A DNA stretch of 64,000 nt from positions 32,238,443 through 32,302,442 of the forward strand of contig NC_083438.1 in assembly GCF_020745735.1 (NCBI RefSeq), in the 5' to 3' direction. The stretch is from Hemiscyllium ocellatum. Its lineage: Eukaryota. This document shows positions 23,353 through 35,539 of the stretch, in pieces. The stretch's first letter is position 1. Every line of letters begins with the position of its first letter. A program made the translations under genes and the position numbers. Below the pieces are notes generated by a model. It made no database searches, was not told the origin of the DNA, and was given only the letters and a program-made list of their open reading frames with translations.

Positions 23353-25997
23353 CGCATAGTCAGGTCTGTCTCCCGCCCACGCTGAAAGAAGCAAATATTT
23401 CTCTTATCCTCAAAAAAGGAAAAGACCCAGAAGATTGTGCATCTTACAGACCAATATCCTTACTAAATGTAGACTTTAAAATTCTCTCAAAAATGTTAGC
23501 ACTAAGACTAGAAAGGGTACTGCCATATATTATAAAGGAGGACCAGACGGGATTTATTAAGGGCCGCAGATCATCCAATAATATCAGAAGGGTCTTGAAT
23601 ATGATCCAAGCCTGTCATCAGGGAAAGATACCAGGAGTAGTAATTTCATTGGATGCGGAAAAGGCATTTGATAGGGTTGAATGGTCACATTTATTTTACA
23701 CATTGGAAAGGTTTGGCGTTGGACAGGTGTTTACCAAATGGGTTTCAACATTGTATAATGACCCCAAAGCAGCTGTTATTACTAATGGGTTAAGATCGGA
23801 TGGCTTCAATGTGGGTAGGGGCTGCCGTCAAGGATGTCCTCTCTCACCATTGTTGTTTACACTGATAATCGAACCATTAGCAGAAGCCATCCGGACTGAT
23901 CCTAATATAACGGCCCCGAGGATTGGTACAGGTAAACACAAAATTACCCTCTATGCAGATGACGTTCTCTTATTCCTCAGTAATCCTTTAATGTCAGTGC
24001 CTCGTCTAATTCAAGTTATTAATACATTTAGTGCATTCTCAGGCTATAAAATTAATTTTTCAAAATCGGAAGCCATGCCAATGGGTGGTCTGGCTATGAT
24101 ACCCCACTTAATGGACGGATCCCCTTTTCCCTTCCGTTGGTCCCTGGAGGGCTTCTTATATTTAGGTATTTTTATCACGCCAGTATTTGATCAGCTGTAT
24201 AGGGCTAATTTTGTACAATTAATGGAAAGGATAAGGCAGGACCTCCAGCGATGGAGAGACCTTCCGATTTCCTGGCTAGGGAGAATAGCATTAATTAAAA
24301 TGAATGTTCTGCCCCGTCTCTTATATCCTATGAGAATGCTCCCGCTGATGCTGCCAAGGCTAGCCCTACGTAAATTATATGGCTGGTTGGGCTCCTTTAT
24401 TTGGAACCATAGACGGCCCCTTATTAAGCTGAAGAAGCTACAGCTTCCACAGGCAAGGGGAGGACTGGACTTCCCAGACTTTAGGAAATATCAGTTAAGT
24501 TCCCTACTAAGTTACATAGCTGATTGGGTTTCATCTGATCCACAATCAATTTGGCTGGATATCGAAGCCTCCCAAGTAAAATACCCACTTATTAACCTTT
24601 TATTTTCAGATAAGAGGAAAATCATTACAGACCACTGTAAAAATCCCATAATATTAAACACAATTAAGGCCTGGAATATAATGCGGCAAAATGAGGGTAA
24701 CTCACATAAAACATCCCCCCATGCACCAATAGTAGGCGCATGGGGATTCCAACCGGGGATTACAGATGCCACCTTTAAACTCTGGAGATCCAGGGGCATC
24801 TCATGCTTAGGGGACCTATTTAAAGATGGGATCCTGATGTCCTTTGAGCAGCTGCGTCTGAAATTCGGAATACCTAATGGGGATCTCTTTCGATACTTCC
24901 AAGTTCGAGATTATATACAGAGGAAGACTACATTAATAGATAGTCTTTATAAATCAGACAGAGAACGTAATGTCTTACGACCAGCGGGGGCATCCTCCGT
25001 TAGTACTATATACCATTTGCTACATGAAGGAGTCTCAGGAGACATGGATGACCTGCTTAAAACATGGGAGCAGGACTTGGGGCTAGAAATCTCTGAGGAT
25101 ATGTGGAATGACATTTGGGAAAATGCTAGAAGAATTGCTATCTGTAACAGAACTCAGGCTATCCAACTAAAGATACTTCATAGGGCCCATATAGCTCCGG
25201 CTCGACTGGCAAAATTTAAGGCAGGAGCATCTCCAATGTGTCCCAAATGCAAAATAGAGGTGGGTACTCTTGTACATTGTCTGTGGACTTGTCAGAAAAT
25301 CCGCAGATACTGGACTAAAGTGGCAAATACCCTGACAGAAATTTTAGGAACGGAAATTAGGGTGGACCCTGTATCTCTCCTTTTGGGCTTTTCGAACCTC
25401 TCATCTCTGGATATGCATGGGAAGAGATTATTTTCTATTCTCTCTTTCTGTGCAAGGAAAAATATTTTGGTGAACTGGGTGGCTGAGGGCCCCCCTGGAC
25501 TTTCAAATTGGCACAGATTAATTATGGAATATATCCCCCTTGACTTCCTCACAAATATGGTGCACCGAAAGACTGAATTATTTTATAAAATATGGCAGCC
25601 CTTTTTGAATTATATAAATGCAGATATTTCGGCTATCCTAACAAGGGCTTTTATTTAGTGAAGATTTCAGACCGGGCTGCTCCGGGGCCCCTTGGGAGAG
25701 GAATCCTGCGCGAATACGGGTTTTATTATATTTGATGTTTATACATTCCGAGCATGTAAGAGACTTAGGTATACACTCTGGTTAGTTATAGGTTAGATTA
25801 GTAGAAAGTTGAGTTTTTTTTTCTTTCTTTTTTCGTTTCTTTTTTTCTTTTTTGTTTTCTTTCTTTCTCTTTTCTTTGTTAAATTATGACTATTGTATAT
25901 ATGATTTAATTGTACATCAATGTTTGTATTTGAGAGTTTTGTTTATTTTTGTAAATTTGCAAAAATGTTAAATTTCAATAAAAATATCTACAAAAAA
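23353..25997 (+). mobile_element. Young 5'-truncated L1-clade LINE (ORF2 3' part, 3'UTR, poly(A))
   Basis: 12-bp TSD AATAACACTTTC at 23341-52 and 25998-26009; AATAAA 25977-82; A-tail; frame open from the insertion point. Confidence 0.93.
23493..25658 (+). CDS. L1 ORF2 fragment: reverse transcriptase and C-terminal zinc knuckle; no endonuclease
   Basis: DAEKAFDRV, GCRQGCPLSPLLF, LYADD, CPKC...HCLWTC; 721 aa without stop. Confidence 0.92.
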   Translation: MLALRLERVLPYIIKEDQTGFIKGRRSSNNIRRVLNMIQACHQGKIPGVVISLDAEKAFDRVEWSHLFYTLERFGVGQVFTKWVSTLYNDPKAAVITNGLRSDGFNVGRGCRQGCPLSPLLFTLIIEPLAEAIRTDPNITAPRIGTGKHKITLYADDVLLFLSNPLMSVPRLIQVINTFSAFSGYKINFSKSEAMPMGGLAMIPHLMDGSPFPFRWSLEGFLYLGIFITPVFDQLYRANFVQLMERIRQDLQRWRDLPISWLGRIALIKMNVLPRLLYPMRMLPLMLPRLALRKLYGWLGSFIWNHRRPLIKLKKLQLPQARGGLDFPDFRKYQLSSLLSYIADWVSSDPQSIWLDIEASQVKYPLINLLFSDKRKIITDHCKNPIILNTIKAWNIMRQNEGNSHKTSPHAPIVGAWGFQPGITDATFKLWRSRGISCLGDLFKDGILMSFEQLRLKFGIPNGDLFRYFQVRDYIQRKTTLIDSLYKSDRERNVLRPAGASSVSTIYHLLHEGVSGDMDDLLKTWEQDLGLEISEDMWNDIWENARRIAICNRTQAIQLKILHRAHIAPARLAKFKAGASPMCPKCKIEVGTLVHCLWTCQKIRRYWTKVANTLTEILGTEIRVDPVSLLLGFSNLSSLDMHGKRLFSILSFCARKNILVNWVAEGPPGLSNWHRLIMEYIPLDFLTNMVHRKTELFYKIWQPFLNYINADISAILTRAFI

Positions 25998-26109
25998 AAT
26001 AACACTTTCAATAATATCACCATCCTTCAATAATATCTCCATCCTTCAATAATATCATTGGCCTTCAATAATAACGCCTTCAGTAATTATTATCTCTCCT
26101 CAATTACAG

Positions 26110-28840
26110 AAGCATGAGGGAGGAGCTGGGTAGAATTGACTGGCAGGAAAGACCATGAAACAGCAATGGCGGGAGTTTCTGGGAGTAAGCCAGGAGACAC
26201 AGCAGAGATTCAACTCAAGGAAAAAGAAGCATGGTACAGGGAGGATAAGGCAACCGTGGCTGACTAGGGAAGTCAAGAAAAGCAAAAGAGAAAAAATGTA
26301 GTGTGGCAAAGGGTAGCCAGAAACCCGAGGATTGGGAAGCTTACTAAGCCAACAGAAGGCAACAAAAAAAAATGCAAATAAGGAGGGAGAAGATTAAATA
26401 TGAGAGTAAGCTAGCCAGTAATATAAAGGAAGACTGTTAGAGTTTAAATATACAACGGGGAAAAGAGAGGCAAAATGGACATTGGGTCTTTGGAAAATGA
26501 TGTTTAGAAAGATAGAATTGGGAAACAAAGAATGGCTAAGGAACTGAATAACTACTTTGCATCAGTCTTCACAGTGGAAGACATGAGTAATATCCAAAAA
26601 AATTCAAATGTGAGAGGGCAGAGCTGAGTATGGTGGCTATCACCAAGGAGAAGGTGCTTAAAAAAAAAACTAAATGGCCTGAAGATGGATAAATCACCTG
26701 TACCAGATGGACTACACCCCAGAGTTCTAAGGAAGACAGCTGAAGAGATATTGGAGGCATGGGTGATTATCTTTCAGGAATTGCTAGAATCAGGAAAGGT
26801 CCTAGAAGACTGGAAAATTGCTAACGTGACACCCTTGTTTAAAAAGAGAGTTAGGCAAAAGACAGAAAATTACAGATTGATTAGCCTAACCTCGGTCATG
26901 GGTAAGATCTTGGAATCCATTGTGAAGGATGAGATTTCTGAATACCTGGAAGTGCATGGTAAAATAGGGCAAAGTCAGCATGGTTTCATGAAAGGGAGGT
27001 GATAATGTGACAAATCAGCTAGAATTCTTTGAGGAAGTAACGACCAGATTAGACTAAGGAGAACCAATGGATGTTATCTGCCTGGACTTCAAAAAACCTT
27101 TGACAAGGTGCCATACAGGAGGCTGCTGAGTAAGATAAGGGCCCCCGATGCTAGAGGCAAGATGCTAATATGGATAGGAGTCTGACTGTCTGGCAGAAAG
27201 CAGAGACTGGGGATAAAAGGGTTTTTCTCAGGATGGCAGCTCAGTGTTGGGACCACAACTTTTCACTTTATATATTAATGATCTAGATGAAGGAACTGAG
27301 GGCATTCTGGCTTATTTTGCAGGTGATATAAAGATAGGTAGAGGGACAGGTAGAAAGTGAAGACTGCAGATGCTGGAGATCAGAGTCAAAACATGTAGCG
27401 CTAGAGAAGCACATCAGGTCAGGCAGTATCCGAGAAGCAGGAGAGTCAGCACTTAAGGCGTAAGCCCTTCATCAGGAATGTGAGGGTGGCCCAAGGGGTC
27501 TGGGAGATAAATGGGAGGGGGTAGGACTGGGGGGAAAGGTCGCTTAGAAGGCAATAGGTAGATGAAGGTGGGGGGTGATGGTGATAGATTGGAGCAGAGG
27601 GTGGAGTGGATAGGTGGGAAGGATGATGGATAGGTAGGACAGTTCAAGAGAGCTGAGTTGGAGGGATGGATCTGGGATAAGGTGGAGGAAGGAGTGATGA
27701 GGAAACTAGTGAAATAGACATTGATGCAGTGTGGTTGGTGGGTCCCAAGGCGGAAGATGAGGCATTCCTCCTCCAGGTAGCATTGAGGAGGCGGAGAGGC
27801 TGCAGAAGGATTTGGACAGGTTGGGAGAGTGGGCAAAGAAATGGCAGATGGGAAAGTATAAGGTCATGCTCTTTGGTAGGATAAAGAGAGGCATGGACTA
27901 TTTTCTAAATGGGGAAAAAATTTAGAAGTGTGAAGTGCAAAGAGACTTGGGAGTTGTAGTCCAGGCTTCTCTCAAGGTAAACGTGCAGGTTGAGAGAGAA
28001 AGTGAGGACTACAGATGCTGGAGCGTCAGAGTCAAAAATGGTGGTGTTGGAAAAGCACAGAAGGTCAGGCAGCATCCAAGGAGCAGGAGAGTTGACGAAG
28101 AAGGGCATATGCCCGAAATATTGACTCTCCTGCTCCCTGGAAGCTGCCTGACTTGCTGTGCCAGTGCCACCCTTTTCAAAACATGCAGGTTGAGTTAGTA
28201 GTTAGGAAGGCGAATACAATGATGGCATTTATTTTGACTGGACTTGAACATAAAAGCAGGGATGTACTTCTGAGGGTTCATAAGACTCTGGTCAGACCAC
28301 ATTTGGAGTATTATGCACAGTTTTGCATCCCATACCTCAGGAAGAATGTATTGGCTCTGGAGCATATTCAGAGGAGATTCACGAGAATGGAAGTAGAAAT
28401 GAAAAGCTTAACATATGAGGAACATTTGAGGACTCTGGATGTATACTCAATAGAGTTTAGAAGGATAACAGAGGGATCTGATTGAAACTTACAGAATACT
28501 AAACGGCCTGGACAGAGTGGATATTGGGAAAATGTTTCCATTGGTAGGAGAGATGACGACATGAGGGCAGAGACTTGGAGTAAAGGGATGACTTTTTAGA
28601 ACGGAGATAAGGAGAAATTTCTTCAGCCAGAGAGTGGTGAATCTATGGAATTCATTGCCATAGAAGGCTATGGTGGACAGCACATTGTGTATATTTAAGA
28701 CTGAGATAGATAGGTCTTGATTATCATGGGGATACGGGTTATGGAGAGAAAGCAGGAGAATGGGGGTTTGAGAAACTTATCAACCATGACCAAACAGCAG
28801 AGTAGACTGAATGGCCTAATTTCTTCACCTATGTCTTATC
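26110..28840 (+). mobile_element. Degraded CR1 ORF2 with nested PLE fragments
   Basis: DKSPVPDGLHPRVL, KTLVRPHLEYYAQF. Confidence 0.88.
27355..27780 (-). mobile_element. PLE 3' end fragment inserted in a CR1
   Basis: EEECLIFRLGTHQPHCINVYFTSF followed by a degraded hammerhead tail. Confidence 0.78.
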
Positions 28841-28959
28841 CTTCTTCAATATTAGCACCTTCAGTAACATTATTATTCTTCAATAGTAACATCTTCAATG
28901 ATATCATTGTCCTTCAATAATATCACTGTCCTTCAATAATAACACCTTCAATAACATGG

Positions 28960-30230
28960 AAGATGTCATCAAGAGTGGTATCAAGCAGTGTCTCCTCAGC
29001 AATAACCTACTCAGTGACACCCAGTTTGTGTTCTGCCAGAGCTGCTCAGCTCCTGGCCTCAGTTCAAATATGGACAAGCAAGCTGAATTCCTGAGGTGAG
29101 GTCAAAGTGTCAGCCCTTGACATCAAGTCTGCATTTGACCAAGTGTAGCAACAAGGGCGACTAGCAAAACTAGAATCAATGGGTATCACGGGGCAAACTT
29201 TCCGCTGGTTGGATTCATACCTGACACATTGGAAAGTAGATGCAGTTGTTGGAGGTGAGTCATCGTGACTCTTGGACATCTCTGCAGGTGTTCCTCAGGG
29301 TATTGTCCCAGGCCCAACCATCTTCAGCTACTGCGCCAATGACCGTTCCTTCATCATAAGGTCAAAAATGAGGTTGTTCGTCGATGATTGCACAATGTTC
29401 AACGCCATTTTTGATGACTCAGGTATTGAAGTAGTCCGTGTTCAAATTCAACAAGATCTGGATATATCCAGGCTTGGCTGACCAATGGCAAGTGATCATT
29501 CACACCACACAAATGTCAGGTTGTGACCACCACCAATAGGAGACAATCTAACTACAGCTCCTTGATATTGAATGGTATCACCATCATTGTATCTCCACAA
29601 TCAACATCCTCGAGGTTATCATGTTCCAGAAACTCAACCGGACTCACCAAATAAACACGGTGGCTACAAGAGCAGGTCACAGGCTACGAATACTACAACA
29701 AGTAGCTCACGTCCTGACTCCCCAAAGCCTGTCCACCATGTCAGGAGTGTGACTGAATACTCCCCACTTGCCTGAATGGGTGCAACTCCAAAGACACTCA
29801 AGAAACTTGACACCAACCAGGACATCACAGTATACCTGATTGGCATCACATCCAAAAGCATCCACTCCATCCACCATTGACGGTCAGTAGCAGCAGTGTA
29901 TACAATCTACAAGATGCACTGCAGAAATTCACCAAAGATCCTCAGTCAGCACCCTTCCAAACCCGTGACCACTTCCATCAAGGAGGACAAGAGCAGCAGA
30001 TACATGGGAACACCACCACTTTCAAGCCACTCACCACCCTGATTTGGATATATATCGCCAATCCTTCACTGTTGCTGGGCCAAAATTCTGGAATTCCCTT
30101 CCTATTTTGGCATTGTGGGTCAACCCACAGCAGGTGGACTGCGGTGGTTTAAGGAGCAGGTCACCACCATCTTCTCAAGAGCCACTAGGGAGGGTAATAA
30201 ATGCTGGCCAGTCAGCAATGCCTAAATCCC
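28960..30230 (+). mobile_element. Family B non-LTR RT-3' end
   Basis: GVPQGIVPGPTIFS, LFVDDCTMF; AATAAATGCTGGCCAG end. Confidence 0.8.
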
Positions 30231-31436
30231 TTCAATAATAACCCCCACAATAATATTATCATCCTTTATTAATTAGCTGGTATTTCAATAATACCACTAT
30301 CCCTTAATAACCACTTCAATTTTTATCATTATTTTTCAATAATAAACAACTCAATATCATTCCCTCAAATTATAACCACTTCAGTTATAACCCTTCAATG
30401 TCGTTATCCTTCCATAGTAACTCCTTCAACAATATCATCATACCTTCAATAATATCCTCATCTATAATAACCACTTCAGTAATATCATCCTTTAACAATA
30501 ATCCCTTCAATAATATCATCGTCCCTGTATGATTAGCCCCTTCAATAATTTTATTATGGGGACGTGATGGCCTAATGGTATTATCTCTAAACTGTTCCAG
30601 AAACTCAGCTAATGTTCTGGGGACACAGGTTCAAAACAGTCAAGGCAGACACTGAAATTTGAATTCAATAAAAAATATTTGGAATTAAGGATCTACTGAT
30701 GGTCATGAAACTATTGTCAATTACCAGATAAACCGGCTCACTAATGCCCTTCACAGAAGGAAATCTGCCATACTCACTCAGCCTGGCCTATATATGACTC
30801 CAAACTCATTGCAATATGGTTGACACTCAACTGTCCTCTGAAATCGCCCAGCAACCCACTCAGTTGTATCAGTCACAACAAATTCTCAACAAAGAAATGA
30901 AACCAGACAGATCGCCTGGCATCGACCTTGGCATCAGAAAAGACAATGGCTGAAACAACCCCAGTGACCTTGCAAAGTCTTCCTTACAAACATCTGGAGG
31001 GCAGTGCCAGAATTGAAAGGCTACCTCACAGACTAGTGAAGCAATGGACTCATAGATTCATACCATAAAAACAATGTCCCAGACATCACCAACCCAATCC
31101 CTGGATATCCAGAACAGACCCAGCAGAGGTGGTGGCACACAGTCAGGACAGAGTTGCCATGGAAGTCCTCAACTTTGACTCAAGGCCCCTTAAGTCTCGT
31201 GGCTTGAGGTTAAACATGAGCAAGGAAACCTCCTGCTGATTACCATGTACCACCCTCCCTCAGCTGAAGAATCTACACCTCCATGTTGAAAACCACTTCG
31301 GAGGAAGCACTGAGGGTGGCAAAAGCACAAATGTATTCTGGATGAAGAATTTGAATGTCCACCATCAAGAGTGGCTTGGCAGCAGCATTACTAATGGACC
31401 TGGTTGTTTCCTAAAGGACATAGCTGCTAGACTAGA

Positions 31437-32151
31437 ACACCTATACAAGGTATTCAACAAAAATGGATACCCACGCAATTTCATTAACAGATGCCTCAGG
31501 GAAAGACAACGAAATGAGGACATGCCACAACCTAAAGGACTGGCCACACTCCCATACATCAGGAGCATTTCTGAATTGACAGCCAGACTGCTGCGACCAC
31601 TAGGACTCATAACAGCACACAAACCAACAGCCACGCTCAGACAACAACTCACCAGGACAAAGGACCCATTTCCCAGCATGAGCAAAACCAACGTGGTTTA
31701 CAAAATCCCATGCAAGGACTGCACAAAACACTACATAGGACAAACAGGAAGACAGCTAACAACCCGCATCCATGAACACCAACTGGCCACAAAACGACAC
31801 GACCAGCTATCCCTGGTAGCCATACACTCAGATGACAAACAACATGAATTCGATTGGGACAACACCACCATTATAGGACAGGCCAAACAGAGAACAGCCA
31901 GGGAATTCCTAGAAGCATGGCACTCATCCACGAATTTGATTAACAGACACATCGACATAAACCCTATATACCAGCCACTGCAGCGGACAGCTACTGACAA
32001 CCGGAAGCGGCAGATTCAAACCAGTATAAATGCCGGAGGAATCAGCACAGAAGCGCTTCACAGGAGGCTCCCAAGCACTGAAGATGTCACCTAGAAAGGG
32101 GACGAAGCGTTTGCAAGAAAAACTCCCAGCTCGGCGAACAGAACCACAACA
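31437..32151 (+). mobile_element. Penelope-like element 3' fragment (RT C-terminus, GIY-YIG endonuclease, terminal repeat)
   Basis: NVVYKIPCKDCTKHYIGQTGR..EH GIY-YIG motif; 11-bp TSD GCTAGACTAGA at 31426-36 and 32152-62. Confidence 0.92.
32074..32115 (+). ncRNA. Hammerhead motif at Penelope terminal repeat (family C), probably inactivated
   Basis: GCA-CUGAAGA-u-GUCACC/UAGAAA/GGGGAC-GAAG(not GAAA)C-GUU-UGC; overlaps the GIY-YIG stop. Confidence 0.6.
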
Positions 32152-35100
32152 GCTAGACTAGATCTGTGGCAGACGGTAAGGGAACCATCAAGAGGGAAAA
32201 GCATACTTGACATCATCCTCACTAACCTGTCAGCTGCAGGTGCAGCGGTCCATGACAGTATTGCTAAGGCTGACCACTGCACAGTCCTTGTGGAAACCGA
32301 GTCTTGCCTTCACATTCTGGCAACTCAGGATTGGGCATTCGTGAGCTGCTGTACGCTATCAACAGCAGCAGAATTGTACTCCAGCATATTATGCAAAAAA
32401 AAGGTCTGATTGGCCTAAATCTACTCCTATATCTTATGAACTAATATCCATCAACCATCACAATCTGCAACTTCATGGTCTTAACTATGTCCCATTCAAC
32501 CATTACCATCAAGCCAGGGTATTGCCATGGTTCCGTGGAGAATGAAGGAGGGCATACCAAAGGCTGCACCAGGCAAATCTAAAAAAGAAGTGTCAACGAG
32601 GTAGAGCTACCAAACAGGACTATCCAACAGCATAAAGGCATCAATGGATCAGAACACATCCAGTCATGAATGGTGGTGGACAATTAAACAGCTCACTAGA
32701 GGAGGAAGTTCCACAAATATTCCCATTTATGGAAGAGTCCAATACATCAGTGCAAAATATAAAGCTGAAGCACTCACAAAAATCTTCAGCCAGAACTGAT
32801 GAGTTTTTTTTGCATTCATAGGATTTGAGCGTCATTAGCCAGGACAATTAAGTGTCAACCACGTTGCTAAGAGTCTGGAGTCGCATGTTAAGAGTTGTCA
32901 GATCAGTTAAGGACAGCAATTTCCTCCCCTAAAGGACATTAATGAACTAGTGGTCCCCAGTGGATGCCAGTCCTCACCTCATTCCATTCACTCCACGTGA
33001 TATCAAGAAACAGTTGGAGGCACTGGAAACTGCAAGGTTTATGGGCCTTGACAACATTCTAGCAATAGTACTGAAGATTTGTGTTTCAGAACTTGCTACT
33101 CTCCTCGCCAAGCTGTTCCAATACAGCTGTAACACTGGCATCTACTGGATAATGTGGAAAATTGGCCAGGTATATGCTGCTCCATCAGTCTACTGTTGGT
33201 CATCAGTAAAACCATGCACAGTCCCATTAACAGTGGTATCACGCAGCATCTGCTCGGTGACGCCCAGTTTAGGTTCTGCCAGGGCCACTCAGCTCCTGAC
33301 TTCATTACTGGCTCGGTGCAAACATGCATAGAAGGGCTGAATTCCCGAGGTGAGATGAGAGTGATAGCGCTTTGTTAAGGTTGCATTCGCCTGAGTGTGA
33401 TGTCAAGGGGCCCTGGCAAAACTGCAATAAATGGGCATCGGGGCAATCTCTTGGCTGGTTGGAGTCATACCGGGCACATGGAAAATGGTTGTGGTTGTTG
33501 GAGGTCAGTCATTGCAGCTCCAGGACATCTCTGCAGAAATTCCTCAGAATAATGTCCTAGGCCTGACCATCTTCAACTGCTCCATCAGTGACCATAACGT
33601 GAGAAGTGGGGATGTTCATCAGTGACTGCGCACAATGTTAAGCACCACTCATAACCCCTCAAATACTGAAGCAGTTCATGTGCAAATGCAACATGACTGG
33701 ACAATATCCAGTCTTGGGCTGACAAGTGGACAGTAACATTCACAACACACAAATGACAGGCAATAGCTATCTCCAATAAGAAACAATCTAACCACCACTT
33801 TAGACATTCAATGATGTTATCATCACTGAATCTCCTACTGTCAATATTCTTGGGGTTACCATTGATCAGATATTCAATTGGAGTTGTCACATGAACACAC
33901 TGGCTACAAGAGCAGGTCACAACCGGGAATACTGCAACAATTAACTCACCTTAAAGCGTATCTACCTTCTACAAGACATAAGTCAGGAATATTATGGAAT
34001 ACTGCCCACTTGCCTGGATGGGCACTGCTCTGCCAATGCTCAAGAATCTTGACACCATCTAGGACAAAGCAACCTGCTTGATTGGCATTATATCCACAAG
34101 CATTCAGCCTCAGCAGTGTGTACTATCTCCAAGATACACTGCAAAAATTCACCCAGGCTCCTTAATAAGCACTTTCCAAGCCACCCAACATCCTGGGTTG
34201 GATATATATCGCTGTTCCTTCAGAATTGCTGGGGAAAAACACTATTTTAATTCCCTCTCCCAGGGCATTGTTGGTCAACCTATAGCATGTTGATTGCAGT
34301 AAATCAAGAAGGCAGCACACCAATAAATGCTGACCAGACGGCAACATCTGCATCCCACACAGGAATAAAACAAAACCATTATTCCTTTATTAGTAATTTC
34401 TTAATAGTATCATCATTCTTTAATAATAACCCCTTCAATAACATCATCATCACTTCAACAACTCCTTCAGTAATATCATCTCATTTCTATCATATCATCA
34501 CCACTTCAATAATAATCCCTTCAATATCATCATCACTCCTTCCAATCATATCACTTCACAAAATCAGCCATTCAATGATATTTTCAACCATTCATTTTGA
34601 ACTCATTTAATAACATCTTCAGCACACGACTTCGTAAGGGATATGTGGGCCAATGTGGCCAGTCCATTTCCATTTTTTCTATTTCTTCTCTATTGTGGAC
34701 TGTTTACTCCTGGAATGAGGGAGGTATTATGTGAGATGTTAGTGATTGGCACAGCTGTTCACTTTGGTGTTGGTGGGAGAAATGGCAGAGAAGTGTTTGC
34801 GTGGGAGTGAGTAAGCAGTGCAGAAGGCGTGTTAGTCATGCAGAGGATTTAGGTGGATGAAAGTGAAGAAAGAAAGATGTTGCATGCAAAATTGGGAGGG
34901 CTAGAGCATGAGCCTTGATGGCAGGTGGGTAGATGGCTGAGAGGGAATAGTGAGACTTAACAGATGGTGAGACTCCCTGGCAGAATGAAGCAGGTCATTG
35001 ACCTCATTCCTACTTTACTGGGCATTCCTCCAGATGGCTGAGATGGCACTAACTCAGGTGGTGATCATGGATCAGACTGGCATGGTCTGGTAAGGTGGTG

Positions 35101-35195
35101 TTCTCTGGGGATGATGTGGAGGTGTCGGTTTTGGACTGGGCTGGACAAAGTTAAAAATAACCCAACACCAGGTAAGAGTCCAACAGGTTTATTTG

Positions 35196-35233
35196 AAAGC
35201 ACTATTTTTGGAGCGCTGCTCCTTCATCAGGTG
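35196..35233 (-). ncRNA. Degraded hammerhead motif (family D) in a short PLE-end repeat
   Basis: CAC-CUGAUGA-a-GGAGC/AGC/GCUCC-AAAA...GUG; G of GAAA lost. Confidence 0.5.
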
Positions 35234-35539
35234 GTTGTGGAGCAGAATTATAAGGTACAGAATGTGCACCATTTTTTCCCTTGTTGCCACATCTGAGGAA
35301 CATGTCAGCTACTGTGGTCAGCAGTTCCAAACTGATGGTGCCTGATTGACAGCATAATGGGCAGTTAAGGATTGCATCAGTGAAAGTGATCTCAGGCTAT
35401 TCCAGGGAATCTGGCCAGTGATGTGTTGTTCCAGTGAATGGTTGAATTAGACTGGAATCAGATGAGAAGGGCACATTGGGGCAGGATAAATACTTATAGG
35501 GTCACAGAGTCATACAACATGGAAGCAGATCCTTCATCC

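Larger units (their letters stand above)
30557..34375 (+). mobile_element. Near full-length degraded family B non-LTR element with tRNA-like head, interrupted by Penelope at 31437-32151
   Basis: APE-like NVHHQEWLG...KDIAARL|DLWQTVREPSRGKSILDIILT across the insertion; RT remnants; family B 3' end. Confidence 0.75.
23228..34620. repeat. Dispersed blocks of degenerate (CCTTCAATAATA)n
   Basis: Blocks at ~23228-23352, 25998-26105, 28845-28955, 30232-30555, 34375-34620. Confidence 0.8.
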
